DNA of 64,000 nucleotides. It comes from Spirochaetia bacterium (GTDB lineage Bacteria > Spirochaetota > Spirochaetia > DSM-2461). The notes under the pieces are model-generated. The model saw only the letters and a program-made list of their open reading frames with translations. It ran no database searches and had not been told where the DNA came from. Both the position numbers and the translations under genes were made by a program. Shown here one piece after another: positions 49,586 to 59,767 of the stretch. How positions within the stretch are numbered: position 1 is the first letter of the stretch; each line of letters starts with the position of its first letter. The DNA lies in assembly GCA_963668315.1 (NCBI GenBank), contig OY764216.1:1184001-1248000 (forward strand), given 5' to 3'.

Positions 49586-50040
49586 ATCACCCCTCCTTTC
49601 TTTCCCTTCATCCACTCATCTTCAATATTGGCGCGCATTTTTTTTACCAGCCCAGTTACCTGTTTCTGTTCTTCCTTTGAAAAATTGCAAAAAGTTCCGG
49701 AAATGAAATGCTCTTCCTTCTCGATAAGTTTCTCATATATCTTTTTTGCCGCCTCTGTCGGATAGAGCCTCAGCATCCGATTATCCAAGCCGTCCTGTCT
49801 CTTTTCGATATAGCCTGATCTGATCAGTTTTTGTACAGCCTTGGTCGTGGTACCCTTATCTATATGCAATAATTGGGTTAACTGGGCATGATTCAACCCT
49901 GGGTTTTCACATATTCTTGTGATGAACATGAATTGCCCTTTCTGGAGATTGACGGTTTTGAATGAAATATCACTCATGGTTTGAATCATGCGGGACAGAG
50001 CGCCGATCTCACGATATATATCACTGCTTAGTTCTGCCAT
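49582..50040 (-). CDS. MarR-family transcriptional regulator
   Basis: REIGALSR, LQKGQF, ICENPG, IDKGTTTKAVQKL, RLYPT. GGAGG RBS. Confidence 0.92.
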   Translation of the reverse strand: MAELSSDIYREIGALSRMIQTMSDISFKTVNLQKGQFMFITRICENPGLNHAQLTQLLHIDKGTTTKAVQKLIRSGYIEKRQDGLDNRMLRLYPTEAAKKIYEKLIEKEEHFISGTFCNFSKEEQKQVTGLVKKMRANIEDEWMKGKKGGVI

Positions 50041-50054
50041 ATCCCCTCCATGAA

Positions 50055-50072
50055 TAGTTGAATGTTCAACTA
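50055..50072. promoter_or_regulatory. Probable MarR operator
   Basis: Perfect inverted repeat TAGTTGAA-TG-TTCAACTA immediately upstream of the marR RBS. Confidence 0.75.
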
Positions 50073-50202
50073 AAATACAGGAAAAAGGTTGAAAGGTCAA
50101 TTCATTCTTCCGGGATTTCCGTTTTTCCCTCGGCATTGACTATTTTGATTATTTCCATAAATTTGTGGCTTTAACCTATTATGAAAAGGCAGGGGGACAG
50201 GA

Positions 50203-50739
50203 ATGGAAATCATGGCAAAAAGAAGGAGTATCAGAAAATATAAAGATATTCCCGTGGATGAACCGCTCTTATTCAAAATGATAGAAAGTGCCTCCCTTGC
50301 TCCTTCCGGCAGCAATACACAGCCCTGGCACTTTATTATTGTCAATGATTCGGAAGTAAAAAACAGGGTAGTCCGGGTCTCCCATAAGCAGAAGTGGATG
50401 CTTTCCGCCCCTGTTTTTATTGTCTGCGTTGCTGATATTCAGTCAAGAATCGAGGATACGGAAGGAATATGCCTGGATGAGGAGACTTCTCTTTTTGAAC
50501 TGAAGCAGATTATCCGGGACACGTCCATAGCGGCTCAGCATATAGTTCTGGAGGCTGAAGAACTGGGTCTGGGAACATGCTGGGTGGCCTGGTATAGTCA
50601 AAAGGAAATCAGAAAGGTCTTGAATATCCCGCAGGACAAATATGTCGTGGGAATCATAACGGCAGGCTATGCCGACGAGAGCCCAAAACCCCGCCCCCGG
50701 AAGGATTACATGGGGTTAATACACAGAAATCAATGGTAA
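50203..50739 (+). CDS. Nitroreductase-family protein
   Basis: RRSIRKY, APSGSNTQPWHF, LGLGTCWV. Confidence 0.93.
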   Translation: MEIMAKRRSIRKYKDIPVDEPLLFKMIESASLAPSGSNTQPWHFIIVNDSEVKNRVVRVSHKQKWMLSAPVFIVCVADIQSRIEDTEGICLDEETSLFELKQIIRDTSIAAQHIVLEAEELGLGTCWVAWYSQKEIRKVLNIPQDKYVVGIITAGYADESPKPRPRKDYMGLIHRNQW

Positions 50740-50865
50740 CATTGTATTTAGTGTTCCCATTCTTTGACATGGATCTTCTATCGTAGTTTAATTCCCGAAA
50801 TCATATGACTATGCTCTGATCATTCCCCCAGAAAATAATATATACTCACCTGTACGGAGGTTCAT

Positions 50866-51420
50866 ATGAGAAAAATACTTGTGACGGTTATCATGCTTGC
50901 TCTCTGCTTTCCTGTTTTTTCCAAATCTCTGTATTTTGGATATCTTGCCATTGGTACTTCACTGGAGGATTGGAGCAGTTTTCATGGCGATCCAAAATCA
51001 AGCGATACAGACGGAGAATATACATTTCTCACTTATGCTGACAAATCTGTGGCTGATTATATAGCTGATATTACAGCCATCTTTACTAAAGGAAGGCTAA
51101 CAGACGGCTGGTATGATTTTACACAACTGGGAGATATGGCCTACCCGGAAAGCGCCTGCTTTCTTGATTTACGGGAAAAGATATCTCTCCTGTATGGGGT
51201 AGAACCTGTTTTTGACAGCCTCAGGTTGAAAGCATCTATCGATGAGACAATCACTTTTCCCTTAAAGGACCCGCCCTATGTTGTCAGGTGGGAAGTCCCG
51301 GAAGGAATAATCGTTCTCATATGGAGTACTCGTGGAATCGGCCTGGCCTATTCAACGACAGATGAGATAATTAAGGATTTCACCGGGAGTTATATTGATG
51401 GGGGAACACTTGGTCTGTAA
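50866..51420 (+). CDS. Hypothetical exported protein
   Basis: GGAGG RBS and an N-terminal signal peptide; no recognisable domain. Confidence 0.65.
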   Translation: MRKILVTVIMLALCFPVFSKSLYFGYLAIGTSLEDWSSFHGDPKSSDTDGEYTFLTYADKSVADYIADITAIFTKGRLTDGWYDFTQLGDMAYPESACFLDLREKISLLYGVEPVFDSLRLKASIDETITFPLKDPPYVVRWEVPEGIIVLIWSTRGIGLAYSTTDEIIKDFTGSYIDGGTLGL

Positions 51421-51457
51421 AGGTCATTATAACCAGGGGTTCTGGAATGAGCAGGGA

Positions 51458-51486
51458 TTGACTAGGAGATGTAATTTATCTATATT
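51458..51486 (+). promoter_or_regulatory. Sigma70 promoter of tRNA-Gly
   Basis: TTGACT-N17-TATATT followed by an AT-rich spacer. Confidence 0.7.
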
Positions 51487-51514
51487 TCTTTTTATTAAGA
51501 ATTAAGGTATATAT

Positions 51515-51585
51515 GCGTCCGTCGTATAATGGTAATACCCCAGCTTCCCAAGCTGGAGCCGTGGGTTCGATTCCCATCGGACGCT
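51515..51585 (+). tRNA. tRNA-Gly (anticodon CCC); CCA not encoded
   Basis: Acceptor GCGTCCG/CGGACGC, anticodon arm CCAGC-TTCCCAA-GCTGG, T arm GTGGG-TTCGATT-CCCAT. Confidence 0.96.
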
Positions 51586-51707
51586 TAAGAAAAACTTAAA
51601 GGGTTGCGAAAGCAGCCCTTATACATTTATAACCCTATCCGATGGGGATCGAACCATCCAGCACGAGAATCACCGTGCTGAAGAGCGCCGACCCGGGGGA
51701 GGAAAAG
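51571..51707 (+). repeat. Repeat copy 1: tRNA 3' end, terminator-like hairpin, inverted tRNA fragment and trailer
   Basis: Shares ordered blocks with 62108-62241: TCGGACG, hairpin, TTTATAACC, ATGGGGATCGAACCAT, GCTGAAGA. Confidence 0.85.
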
Positions 51708-51832
51708 CCCGCAGGACGCGGGCGGCAGCGAAGGAGGCGGCTGGTAGGTTGAGGCAGGAAGACGGCGACGGAGTGGGATACTATTCTATTGAGGCATAAT
51801 TTCCAGCCGGAGGTCATTTCTGAATTATATTG

Positions 51833-53776
51833 CTAAATATTCTCTAGAGTAACTGATCCGCATTCGTTTTCATGAAGTAACTTTCCAGAAGGTAGTACAT
51901 AGGTAAAACTATCTGAATCGGAATTAATACGTGTGGGAAGTATAGCCCCTTCAATACTGAAAAGGGCCGTGACTCTCATCTCCCTGCCCTGATTGGTTAC
52001 TATGAGGCATTCCCGTCTTTTCTCCGATGGTAAGCCTGGTGTTATTGCGCATCCTATGTTTCCATTCTCACCTTGAAACTCCAAATCAACGTAAAAATGG
52101 AAGGTATCCATCTCCCAGAAACCGTTCCATCCATGACGGGAGATAATTTTCTGCTCCTCCATAAAATCGTTTGCCACCAGTTCCGCCTCTTTTCCGCTGG
52201 ATGTATCTCCTTTACTGTTTTTTAGGGCCCCATCTCCATAGAAAAACCACTGAATCTTTCTGCTCATCTGAGCTTTAATCTCTGTGATATCAATAATCCA
52301 GCCATCACCTGCAATTGTTTTCCGTTCAATTCCGACATTGTCATATGCCCCGTTATTTTCAATTAAGTGAACGTAGGCAACTTCGTCAAGATCAAGAACT
52401 CTCCTGATTCTTGCTCCACATCTTCTTTGGTCTTTTCCATCAATCATGATCGTGTTGTGGGCGCAGGTCTTTCTGAAGAATCCTTCATGATAGGGGCTTC
52501 CATAACCGGGATTTCCAGCTTCAGCAGCTCTGAAATTACTATTATCCGGATAGATGTTGAGAGACAATCTATCCGGATGGTCATGACCTCCTCCATCGGG
52601 AGAAGCTTTAATAACCGAAGTCAACCCAAGGCGGCGAATAGTAATCAATCCATCGGTTACAGTTAAAGGCGAATGGGAAAATGATGAATCGGTTATTTCA
52701 TCTTTGCCAGACAGAAATGCGTCCCGATTGTCTCTTATATAATGATGGTTCCGGACAAAGTATGCTAATGTCTGATCCATATTGCCGAATAATGCCTGTG
52801 CTCTTTCATAATGGCCTGACTTTTCTAATATCCTGTTTTCCGGCCAACCGTCGTTTATCAGAGGGAATTGGCCTGAAGGAAGAGCAAGGTCCAAGGGAGC
52901 CTTAAGCATAAGGGGGATGATATCTCCGGCAACTCCCTTCCGGCCTGATTCGAGACAGGCTGTTTCGTAGCAGAGCAGGGCATCCAGCGTGTAGTAGTGG
53001 TATAGGATGGATATTTCATACCACATCCCTCCCGGCTGAACACCATATTCCATTCCCCTGGATATTATGCGCTCGGCAAAGTGAAGAGATATTTCATCAC
53101 CGCAGGCTATGGCCGCAGCTGCGATGGCTGAAGCGTGCCAAATATGGATATTATGAACTTCCCAGGTTTGCCTCTTCAGTAACTTGATAGCTGGCGAAAA
53201 AAGCTTTTCACAGATAAGGTCGGACTCAATGGGGGTCATATGGCCTGAATATTTGAGAATGCGCCAAGTATGACATATATTAATCAGCCAGACCGCTTCG
53301 TCAAGAGACTGGGACTGGACTCGGCCCGTACCAGCTGCGATACCGTGCTCAACCTGAGCCCCGTAAACTAACGCATATCCTGATATTACTTTTAGGGCAT
53401 AATCCATCGCTTCCTTGTTGTCATCGATAACCCCGAGGAGGGCTGCAGATAAAGCGCTCTTCCCCTGATAGGTATGGCAGAAAGTATTCCAGCAGCGGTC
53501 AAAAATCACCCCTCGCTCCACATTTCCACAGGAGGGACAGACATGGCTGTGAGGTGAATCCCGGTTGAATGCAAGCTTGGTCTGGCAACGGGAACAGAGG
53601 TAGAGGTGCCCCCACTCACTGGGATTATCCGGATGGGGAAGCAAAATCTCCCGGGCAAGGAAATCCTTCACCTCACTCCTCCAGGAACTCATTGTTTCCT
53701 GCCATTTTTCCTCGGCTGCTCTTGCCCTCAATGCTTCTGCACTCTGCCCGATATAGACGGGATTGGATATGTTCAT
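51833..53776 (-). CDS. Heparinase II/III-family / oligo-alginate-lyase-like polysaccharide lyase
   Basis: N-terminal WGHLYLC..C...C..C, QSLDEAVW, HNIHIW, YHYY, PLINDG, GGHDHPDRLS, AHNTIMIDG. Confidence 0.8.
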   Translation of the reverse strand: MNISNPVYIGQSAEALRARAAEEKWQETMSSWRSEVKDFLAREILLPHPDNPSEWGHLYLCSRCQTKLAFNRDSPHSHVCPSCGNVERGVIFDRCWNTFCHTYQGKSALSAALLGVIDDNKEAMDYALKVISGYALVYGAQVEHGIAAGTGRVQSQSLDEAVWLINICHTWRILKYSGHMTPIESDLICEKLFSPAIKLLKRQTWEVHNIHIWHASAIAAAAIACGDEISLHFAERIISRGMEYGVQPGGMWYEISILYHYYTLDALLCYETACLESGRKGVAGDIIPLMLKAPLDLALPSGQFPLINDGWPENRILEKSGHYERAQALFGNMDQTLAYFVRNHHYIRDNRDAFLSGKDEITDSSFSHSPLTVTDGLITIRRLGLTSVIKASPDGGGHDHPDRLSLNIYPDNSNFRAAEAGNPGYGSPYHEGFFRKTCAHNTIMIDGKDQRRCGARIRRVLDLDEVAYVHLIENNGAYDNVGIERKTIAGDGWIIDITEIKAQMSRKIQWFFYGDGALKNSKGDTSSGKEAELVANDFMEEQKIISRHGWNGFWEMDTFHFYVDLEFQGENGNIGCAITPGLPSEKRRECLIVTNQGREMRVTALFSIEGAILPTRINSDSDSFTYVLPSGKLLHENECGSVTLENI

Positions 53777-53961
53777 GGGAAGAGCTTAAGCCCGATCTTG
53801 CCCGGTGTCTTTCAGAATAATGTCCATTCCCATGCTAAATTTGAAGACAGAAGTCGTGAGTATGCATTTTTATTATTTCCGGGTACGGAGTCTCCATTTG
53901 TGACAGGCCGGAAGGGTGTGATTTTGTTGACCGTTAATTGGGCATGGCCTATACTTCTCCC

Positions 53962-56064
53962 ATGCTAAACGTGCCCACCCTGACCCGCCGCAGAGAGATC
54001 CTTTCCCGTATCAGATCTCTCCTCATCCTCACCGTGCTTTCCGTTTTCATCTTTAACGGCGGTGTTTTTCTCATCTCCTTTAAACGGTTTTATATTAACC
54101 AGGTACTGCAGTCCAGACAGCAGATTGCCAAGCAGGTTTCCACCATGTTTGAGTTGATAATTAAGGATATGAAGGGGGCTTTGGGGCAGATTGGTCAAGA
54201 TAAGGCCTTTCTGGATTTGATTGAGAATTATGAGGACTCCTTTGACTGTAAAATGGATCTGGACAGCAAGGTAAACGAAATTGTTGTTTTTAATAAGTAT
54301 ATCGATTCGGTCTACCTCTATATGCGGGAGACGGGACAGATTTTTACCACCAGTCGGGGGCTTTATCAGTCGGACGAGCCATTTACCGACAGGGATATTA
54401 TAGAGCGCAAAGGGATCAGGGATATTTTTCACAGCGAGCCGAGGGAAGTCACCATTTCAGGGCAGAAGTCAGTTGTTTTTTCCATCGGGGCCCATCTGCC
54501 CCTTTATAAGGAAGAGAAGGACGCTCTGCTCCTTATTAATCTGGATATGCCCAAGATGGCCCAGGATCTTCTGGAGCGCTCCGAGGAGTTCCCCCGGACC
54601 GATCTTTCCATCATCACCTCCCGGGGACATAAACTCTCCACCGAGGATTTCAGGCAATTTGAAGTGGATTCCATTCCCCCCGGGGAGATCGCCCGCCTGG
54701 AGAACCGGATAATCGACGGGAAAAAGGCCAAGGTCATTCAGGTCACCTGGCATTCGGAGGAGCTGGACTGGTACTTTACCCTGGAATCTCATATCTCCCC
54801 TTACGCCTATCTTTTGAGCCATATCCATGTCTATCTTATCGTCTCCCTTCTTTTCCTGGCCGTTTTTCTCTCTCTTGTGGTCATTTTTTACGGAAAGTAC
54901 GCAGCCACTCTGGCCAAGGCGCTTAAGACCATCAACAACAGCGTATTCCGTGATTATGTGGCCGACCATCTTATTACCAGCCGGGATTTTGGAATTTTGA
55001 GAAAGAGCGGCTTTATCATAAACAGCCGGGGAAATTATATGTTTGCCCTGTTTTCCCTGAATGGGGAGATTCCCGAATTGAGGGAGAAAACCGCCGCCCT
55101 GGCCATTCCCAATATTCAAATTGAACTTATCTCCCTCAAGGACTCCTCCTTCTCCGTGCTTTTCTATCAAAAGAGGAGACTGCCCGAGGAGATCTTCAAG
55201 GAGAAAATTACTACCGCTCTCATGTCCCTGGTTCCTGCCGTCCGGGGGAAGGGGTTTATTGGCATGGGTGACGTGAGAAATCATTTTGATGAGATGCCCG
55301 ATTCCTTTAAGGAGGCCGTCAAGATGACCGGTTACAGACTGGCCCTGGGAAGAGAAACACTCATTCCCCATCGAACCATTGATACGGATCAGCCCTTTTC
55401 CTATCCCCGGACCCTTGAGGCCGGAATCATGAAGGCCATGACCGAAGGGGAGAGTGAGGAGCTTAGCCGTTGTCTGGAGGAGTTCTGGGATACCCTCATG
55501 AGGGACGATTCCCCCCTTAGTGACGAAAGTATTGTCTCCCAGATTTTCCGACTTCAAAACAGCCTGCTCAAGAGCCTGAGGGAGTCGGGGCTCTATCCGG
55601 CGGTAAGTCTGGATATCAGCCTCGAATGCCTGAAGGGTTCCGATTATCTCAAGGAGCAGCTCTTTCGGTATGCCGATCAGCTCTGTCATGAATGCTGCAG
55701 CATAAACCGGTCCTCCTCGGACAAACTTATAGAGAAGTTTCTCACCGCCATAAACCGGCGCTACATGGATCAGGACTTCAATCTGAATGCCCTTTCGGCG
55801 GAAACGGATTTTTCCCGCTCCTATATTGGGCGTATTCTCAGGGAACAGACGGGAAAGAACTTCAACCAGATTCTTAACGGCAAGAGAATTGAAAAGGCCA
55901 AGGCACTCCTGGAGGAGGGGAGGCTCATAGACGAAGCAGCTTCCCTGTCCGGCTTCAGCTATACCTCCTACTTTATAAGAATTTTCAAGGAGCTTGAGGG
56001 GGAAACCCCCGGACAGTACCAGGGACGCTTTGTCACAAATGGAGACAATAGGGCAGGGAAATAA
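53962..56064 (+). CDS. Membrane-anchored AraC-family regulator with extracytoplasmic (Cache-like) sensor
   Basis: Two TM helices flanking a sensor region; C-terminal GFSYTSYFIRIFKELEGETPGQY. Start uncertain (53938-53962). Confidence 0.88.
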   Translation: MLNVPTLTRRREILSRIRSLLILTVLSVFIFNGGVFLISFKRFYINQVLQSRQQIAKQVSTMFELIIKDMKGALGQIGQDKAFLDLIENYEDSFDCKMDLDSKVNEIVVFNKYIDSVYLYMRETGQIFTTSRGLYQSDEPFTDRDIIERKGIRDIFHSEPREVTISGQKSVVFSIGAHLPLYKEEKDALLLINLDMPKMAQDLLERSEEFPRTDLSIITSRGHKLSTEDFRQFEVDSIPPGEIARLENRIIDGKKAKVIQVTWHSEELDWYFTLESHISPYAYLLSHIHVYLIVSLLFLAVFLSLVVIFYGKYAATLAKALKTINNSVFRDYVADHLITSRDFGILRKSGFIINSRGNYMFALFSLNGEIPELREKTAALAIPNIQIELISLKDSSFSVLFYQKRRLPEEIFKEKITTALMSLVPAVRGKGFIGMGDVRNHFDEMPDSFKEAVKMTGYRLALGRETLIPHRTIDTDQPFSYPRTLEAGIMKAMTEGESEELSRCLEEFWDTLMRDDSPLSDESIVSQIFRLQNSLLKSLRESGLYPAVSLDISLECLKGSDYLKEQLFRYADQLCHECCSINRSSSDKLIEKFLTAINRRYMDQDFNLNALSAETDFSRSYIGRILREQTGKNFNQILNGKRIEKAKALLEEGRLIDEAASLSGFSYTSYFIRIFKELEGETPGQYQGRFVTNGDNRAGK

Positions 56065-56289
56065 TAAAATTGGAGAGGATTCGTCCTGGACTCCATTATT
56101 ATTATTTTCCGCTACATTTTTCTTAAAGACAGATCCCCAAATTCGGATTTAGTCTAAGCCCATGAACGAAAACAATCAAATCTGCATCACAGAGGAGGCC
56201 GATGTTCCCGGGATTAGTCCTGTGGTCCGGCGCTCCATGGAGGGGTCTCCCGATCCTTCGAATTATCCCGGTCTTCGGGGGACGGCAAG

Positions 56290-57207
56290 ATGAAAAAAAA
56301 CGAGTGCGATCTTGCCAAATATCTGAAGAGAAACAGATATAACTATCTGTTGCTCCTGCCCTGTGTCATCTATTTTATCGTCTTCAAGTATGTGCCCATG
56401 TACGGTGTCATCATCGCTTTCAAGGATTTCTCCTTTAGGAAGGGAATCATGGGAAGCGACTGGATAGGCTTTGAACATTTCCGTTACATGTTCGGTCTGG
56501 ACGATTTTTTTCAGGTATTCAAGAACTCCCTGACCCTGAGCGGATTGAAGATTCTCTTCGGATTCCCCGCGCCGATAATCCTGGCCCTGTTTCTGAATGA
56601 GATCAGGCATCCCGGGTTCAAGCGGAGCCTCCAGACTCTGATTTATCTTCCCCACTTCATCTCCTGGGTCGTACTGGGGGGAATCCTGCTCAATTTTCTC
56701 TCTCCCAGCTGGGGTATTATCAACGCCTTTATCAAGAATCTGGGGGGAGATCCCATCTTCTTCATGGCCGAGGAGAGATTCTTCAGACCCATAGTGGTTA
56801 TCTCCTCTATCTGGAAGGAGGCCGGCTGGGGCACCATCATCTACTTGGCGGCTATTACCGGAATCAGTCCCGAGCTTTACGAGGCAGCCTATGTGGATGG
56901 GGCCAATCGGATTAAGCAGACCTGGCACATAACCCTCCCGGGTATCAAGACCACAGTGATCATCCTGTTTATCCTGCAGATAGGAAAGATGATGAGTAAC
57001 GGGTTCGAGCAGATTTTTGTCCTGCAGAACAGCATGAACCTGTCCGTTTCCGAAGTCTTCGAAACCTATGTCTACCGAATCGGGCTTCTGGGGGGGCGCT
57101 TCTCCTTTGCAACAGCCGTGGGACTGTTCACCTCTGCCATTGGAATGATCATGCTCATAGCTACGAATCAGCTCGCCAAAGCCATGGGCGAGGAAGGACT
57201 ATACTGA
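56290..57207 (+). CDS. Carbohydrate ABC transporter permease (LplB/YteP-like)
   Basis: YVPMYG, YLPHFISWV, YLAAITGISPELYEAA. Confidence 0.93.
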   Translation: MKKNECDLAKYLKRNRYNYLLLLPCVIYFIVFKYVPMYGVIIAFKDFSFRKGIMGSDWIGFEHFRYMFGLDDFFQVFKNSLTLSGLKILFGFPAPIILALFLNEIRHPGFKRSLQTLIYLPHFISWVVLGGILLNFLSPSWGIINAFIKNLGGDPIFFMAEERFFRPIVVISSIWKEAGWGTIIYLAAITGISPELYEAAYVDGANRIKQTWHITLPGIKTTVIILFILQIGKMMSNGFEQIFVLQNSMNLSVSEVFETYVYRIGLLGGRFSFATAVGLFTSAIGMIMLIATNQLAKAMGEEGLY

Positions 57208-57208
57208 T

Positions 57209-58108
57209 ATGACGGTTACCGGAATTAAAAGTAGAACGGCCCTGGCCGAATCGGCGGGAAGAACGGGAATAGGACTGTTCCTTACCCTCTTTGCCCTTTT
57301 ATGTATCTTCCCCTTCTTTTATGTGCTGACCTTTTCCATAACTCCCTACAGCGAGTATCTGAAGAATCCGACGAGCTTCATTCCCCATTCGCCCAATTTG
57401 GATGCCTACAGGGAGCTGCTGAATTTCCCCCTTATCTACAGCGGTTACAGAAACACCATCGTGGTTACCCTGGCGGGAACTCTACTGAACCTCTTTCTGC
57501 TGCTTATATCGGGCTATCCCCTCTCCAAGAGAGATCTGAAGGGGCGGAATTTTATTCTGGGGTTAATCACGTTTACCATGTTTTTCAACGGTGGACTGAT
57601 TCCCAATTACTACCTTATCAGGTCTCTTCATATGCTCAATTCCCTGTGGTCCCTCTTCATTCCCACGGCCATAAGCGCCTGGAATCTGATACTGATGAAG
57701 AATTTTATCGCCACTATTCCCAAGAGCCTGGAGGAAGCGGCCATTATAGACGGGGCCAATGAGATAGGAATCCTCTTTCGAGTCATCATTCCCCTCTCCA
57801 AACCGGCCATAGCCACTTTTACTCTGTTCCACGCGGTGGAGCACTGGAATACCTTCTTCTATGCCATTATCTACATATCCAAGAGGAGTCTCTGGCCCAT
57901 GATGCTCATTCTCAGGGAGATGGTTGTGGAAGATTCGGCGGGTATGGCCTCCGCGGCCAACGATGTGGGTATGGATGACATGTTTATCTCCCCCTTCACT
58001 TTGAAAATGGCCATTATCATCATCACCATAATCCCCATCCTCTGCGTGTATCCCTTTCTTCAGAAATTCTTTATGAAAGGAATGCTCGTGGGCGGGATCA
58101 AGGGATAA
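57209..58108 (+). CDS. Carbohydrate ABC transporter permease (LplC/YtcP-like)
   Basis: FNGGLIPNY, SLEEAAIIDGA, YPFLQKFFMKG. Confidence 0.93.
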   Translation: MTVTGIKSRTALAESAGRTGIGLFLTLFALLCIFPFFYVLTFSITPYSEYLKNPTSFIPHSPNLDAYRELLNFPLIYSGYRNTIVVTLAGTLLNLFLLLISGYPLSKRDLKGRNFILGLITFTMFFNGGLIPNYYLIRSLHMLNSLWSLFIPTAISAWNLILMKNFIATIPKSLEEAAIIDGANEIGILFRVIIPLSKPAIATFTLFHAVEHWNTFFYAIIYISKRSLWPMMLILREMVVEDSAGMASAANDVGMDDMFISPFTLKMAIIIITIIPILCVYPFLQKFFMKGMLVGGIKG

Positions 58109-58163
58109 AAGTACGGTTCAAACCGGAGTATTTCGGTTAATATATTACTATCAGGAGTTTTTT

Positions 58164-59687
58164 ATGAGAAAAGAGAAAATCCTTCTCTGCTTATCGGCCT
58201 TTCTGGCCCTGCTATCCACTTCTTTGATTGCCAACGGGACTCAGGAGAGGGGAGCCAAGGGGGAAGGTCCCTTTGTGATTTCCATTGTCAATCGGGTCAA
58301 TGCGGACGTGGTTATCGAGAACAATCCGGTACTAGAGGCGCTTGAGGAACTGACAGGCTACAGGATAAATTACGAGGCCCCTCCCATCAAGAATTACGAA
58401 GCCCGGCTGCAGCTGCTTATGGCTTCGGGAGATATTCCCCAGATTATGTACAACCGTAACGGCAATGACTATATCAGCTGGTCGGAAGAGGGCCTTCTCC
58501 TTCCCCTGGAAGATTATGATGTGGTAGGAAACAGCGAGAAGTATCCCAACATCAATAAACAGGTTATTCCCGCCTACTGGTCCTCTACCTTCATTCCCGC
58601 CACCGGTCTGCACCATGCTATACCCAAGCCCCACCATCCCAATAAATACGGCATGGTTCTGAACCGGACCTGGCTGGAAAAGATCGGATTGGATGCTCCC
58701 GATACCTATGAGGAGTTCGAGGCAGTCTGTGAAGCCTTCGCTAATAATGATCCCGATGGAAACGGGCAGGATGATACCTACGCCTTTACCACTCCCACAA
58801 ATAGTCCCCTCTATGTGGAATTCCTCTACGGTCCGGCCAATTTTTCATCCGAGCTTCCCGTTGCCGATGCGGATGGGGAGTACCGGATCATTGAAAAGAG
58901 ACAGGGATATATCGATTATCTGACTCTGATGCGCAAGGCCTACGCCAACAAGTGGCTGGATCAGGAGTTCTTCACCAACAAGGATTACGCCGATTACGAC
59001 AAGTATGGCCAGCAGAGAATCGGCATAATGCGGGAAAAGCCCATAAATGCCATTAAAGTTCCCGCCAACGCGGGTTTGGATTTTAGAGAGTCCATGTTCT
59101 ATCCCTCTCTGGAAGCTCCCGACGGCACAAGGACCAACTACAACGCTCCTCCCGTATGGGGTTCCTGGTCACTTACCCAGACCGCTACGGATAGTGCCGA
59201 CAAGGTGCTGGATTTTATTGAAAAGTGTTACTCCAAAGAAGCCACCCTTCTTCTCTTCGGGGGAATCCAAGGCGTCCACTACAACAGTTGGAACGAGGAG
59301 ACCCGAACCCTGGACCTGACAAAGGAGCAGGCCGCCCTGGCGGTAAATGTGGCCAGCCCCTACATGGACTTCACCAATACCTGGCTTGGCAATATGATCG
59401 CCCTTCCCAGTCAGATTGATACGGATGAAAAAAGGGACGCCTATATAAAATATCACAAGGTCTTTGACGACAATGTGAATCTTGTGACCTACGGCTCCTA
59501 TATCTATCCCAAAAAGGTTGCCTTTGATCAGGACAATCCTGATCTCCTTAAAAAGAAGGAGAGTAAGGAGATTGAGTACGTGGTAGGAAAAATCTCCCGC
59601 GATGAATTCCTCGCCTTTCTCAATGCCGAATGGTATCCGGCCTGTTCCGATTGGGAAGGGGAGTACTTAGAGATTATGTCCAAATAA
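58164..59687 (+). CDS. Extracellular solute-binding protein (oligosaccharide type)
   Basis: Signal peptide, LMASGDIP, WLEKIGL, DPDGNGQDDT. Confidence 0.9.
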   Translation: MRKEKILLCLSAFLALLSTSLIANGTQERGAKGEGPFVISIVNRVNADVVIENNPVLEALEELTGYRINYEAPPIKNYEARLQLLMASGDIPQIMYNRNGNDYISWSEEGLLLPLEDYDVVGNSEKYPNINKQVIPAYWSSTFIPATGLHHAIPKPHHPNKYGMVLNRTWLEKIGLDAPDTYEEFEAVCEAFANNDPDGNGQDDTYAFTTPTNSPLYVEFLYGPANFSSELPVADADGEYRIIEKRQGYIDYLTLMRKAYANKWLDQEFFTNKDYADYDKYGQQRIGIMREKPINAIKVPANAGLDFRESMFYPSLEAPDGTRTNYNAPPVWGSWSLTQTATDSADKVLDFIEKCYSKEATLLLFGGIQGVHYNSWNEETRTLDLTKEQAALAVNVASPYMDFTNTWLGNMIALPSQIDTDEKRDAYIKYHKVFDDNVNLVTYGSYIYPKKVAFDQDNPDLLKKKESKEIEYVVGKISRDEFLAFLNAEWYPACSDWEGEYLEIMSK

Positions 59688-59714
59688 TTTCTCATTATTA
59701 AAAAATCATTTTAC

Positions 59715-59740
59715 GGCTGTTTCCGAGGAGGCAGCCTTTT
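59715..59740 (+). terminator. Hairpin/terminator after the SBP gene
   Basis: GGCTGTTTCC-GA-GGAGGCAGCC-TTTT. Confidence 0.6.
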
Positions 59741-59767
59741 CTCAATTTACCGAAACAGGAGAGTTTC

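Noticed and set aside
56162..56293. 43-codon ORF overlapping the permease start (ATGA)
   Set aside because: No RBS or recognisable features; probably chance, although a leader peptide cannot be excluded.
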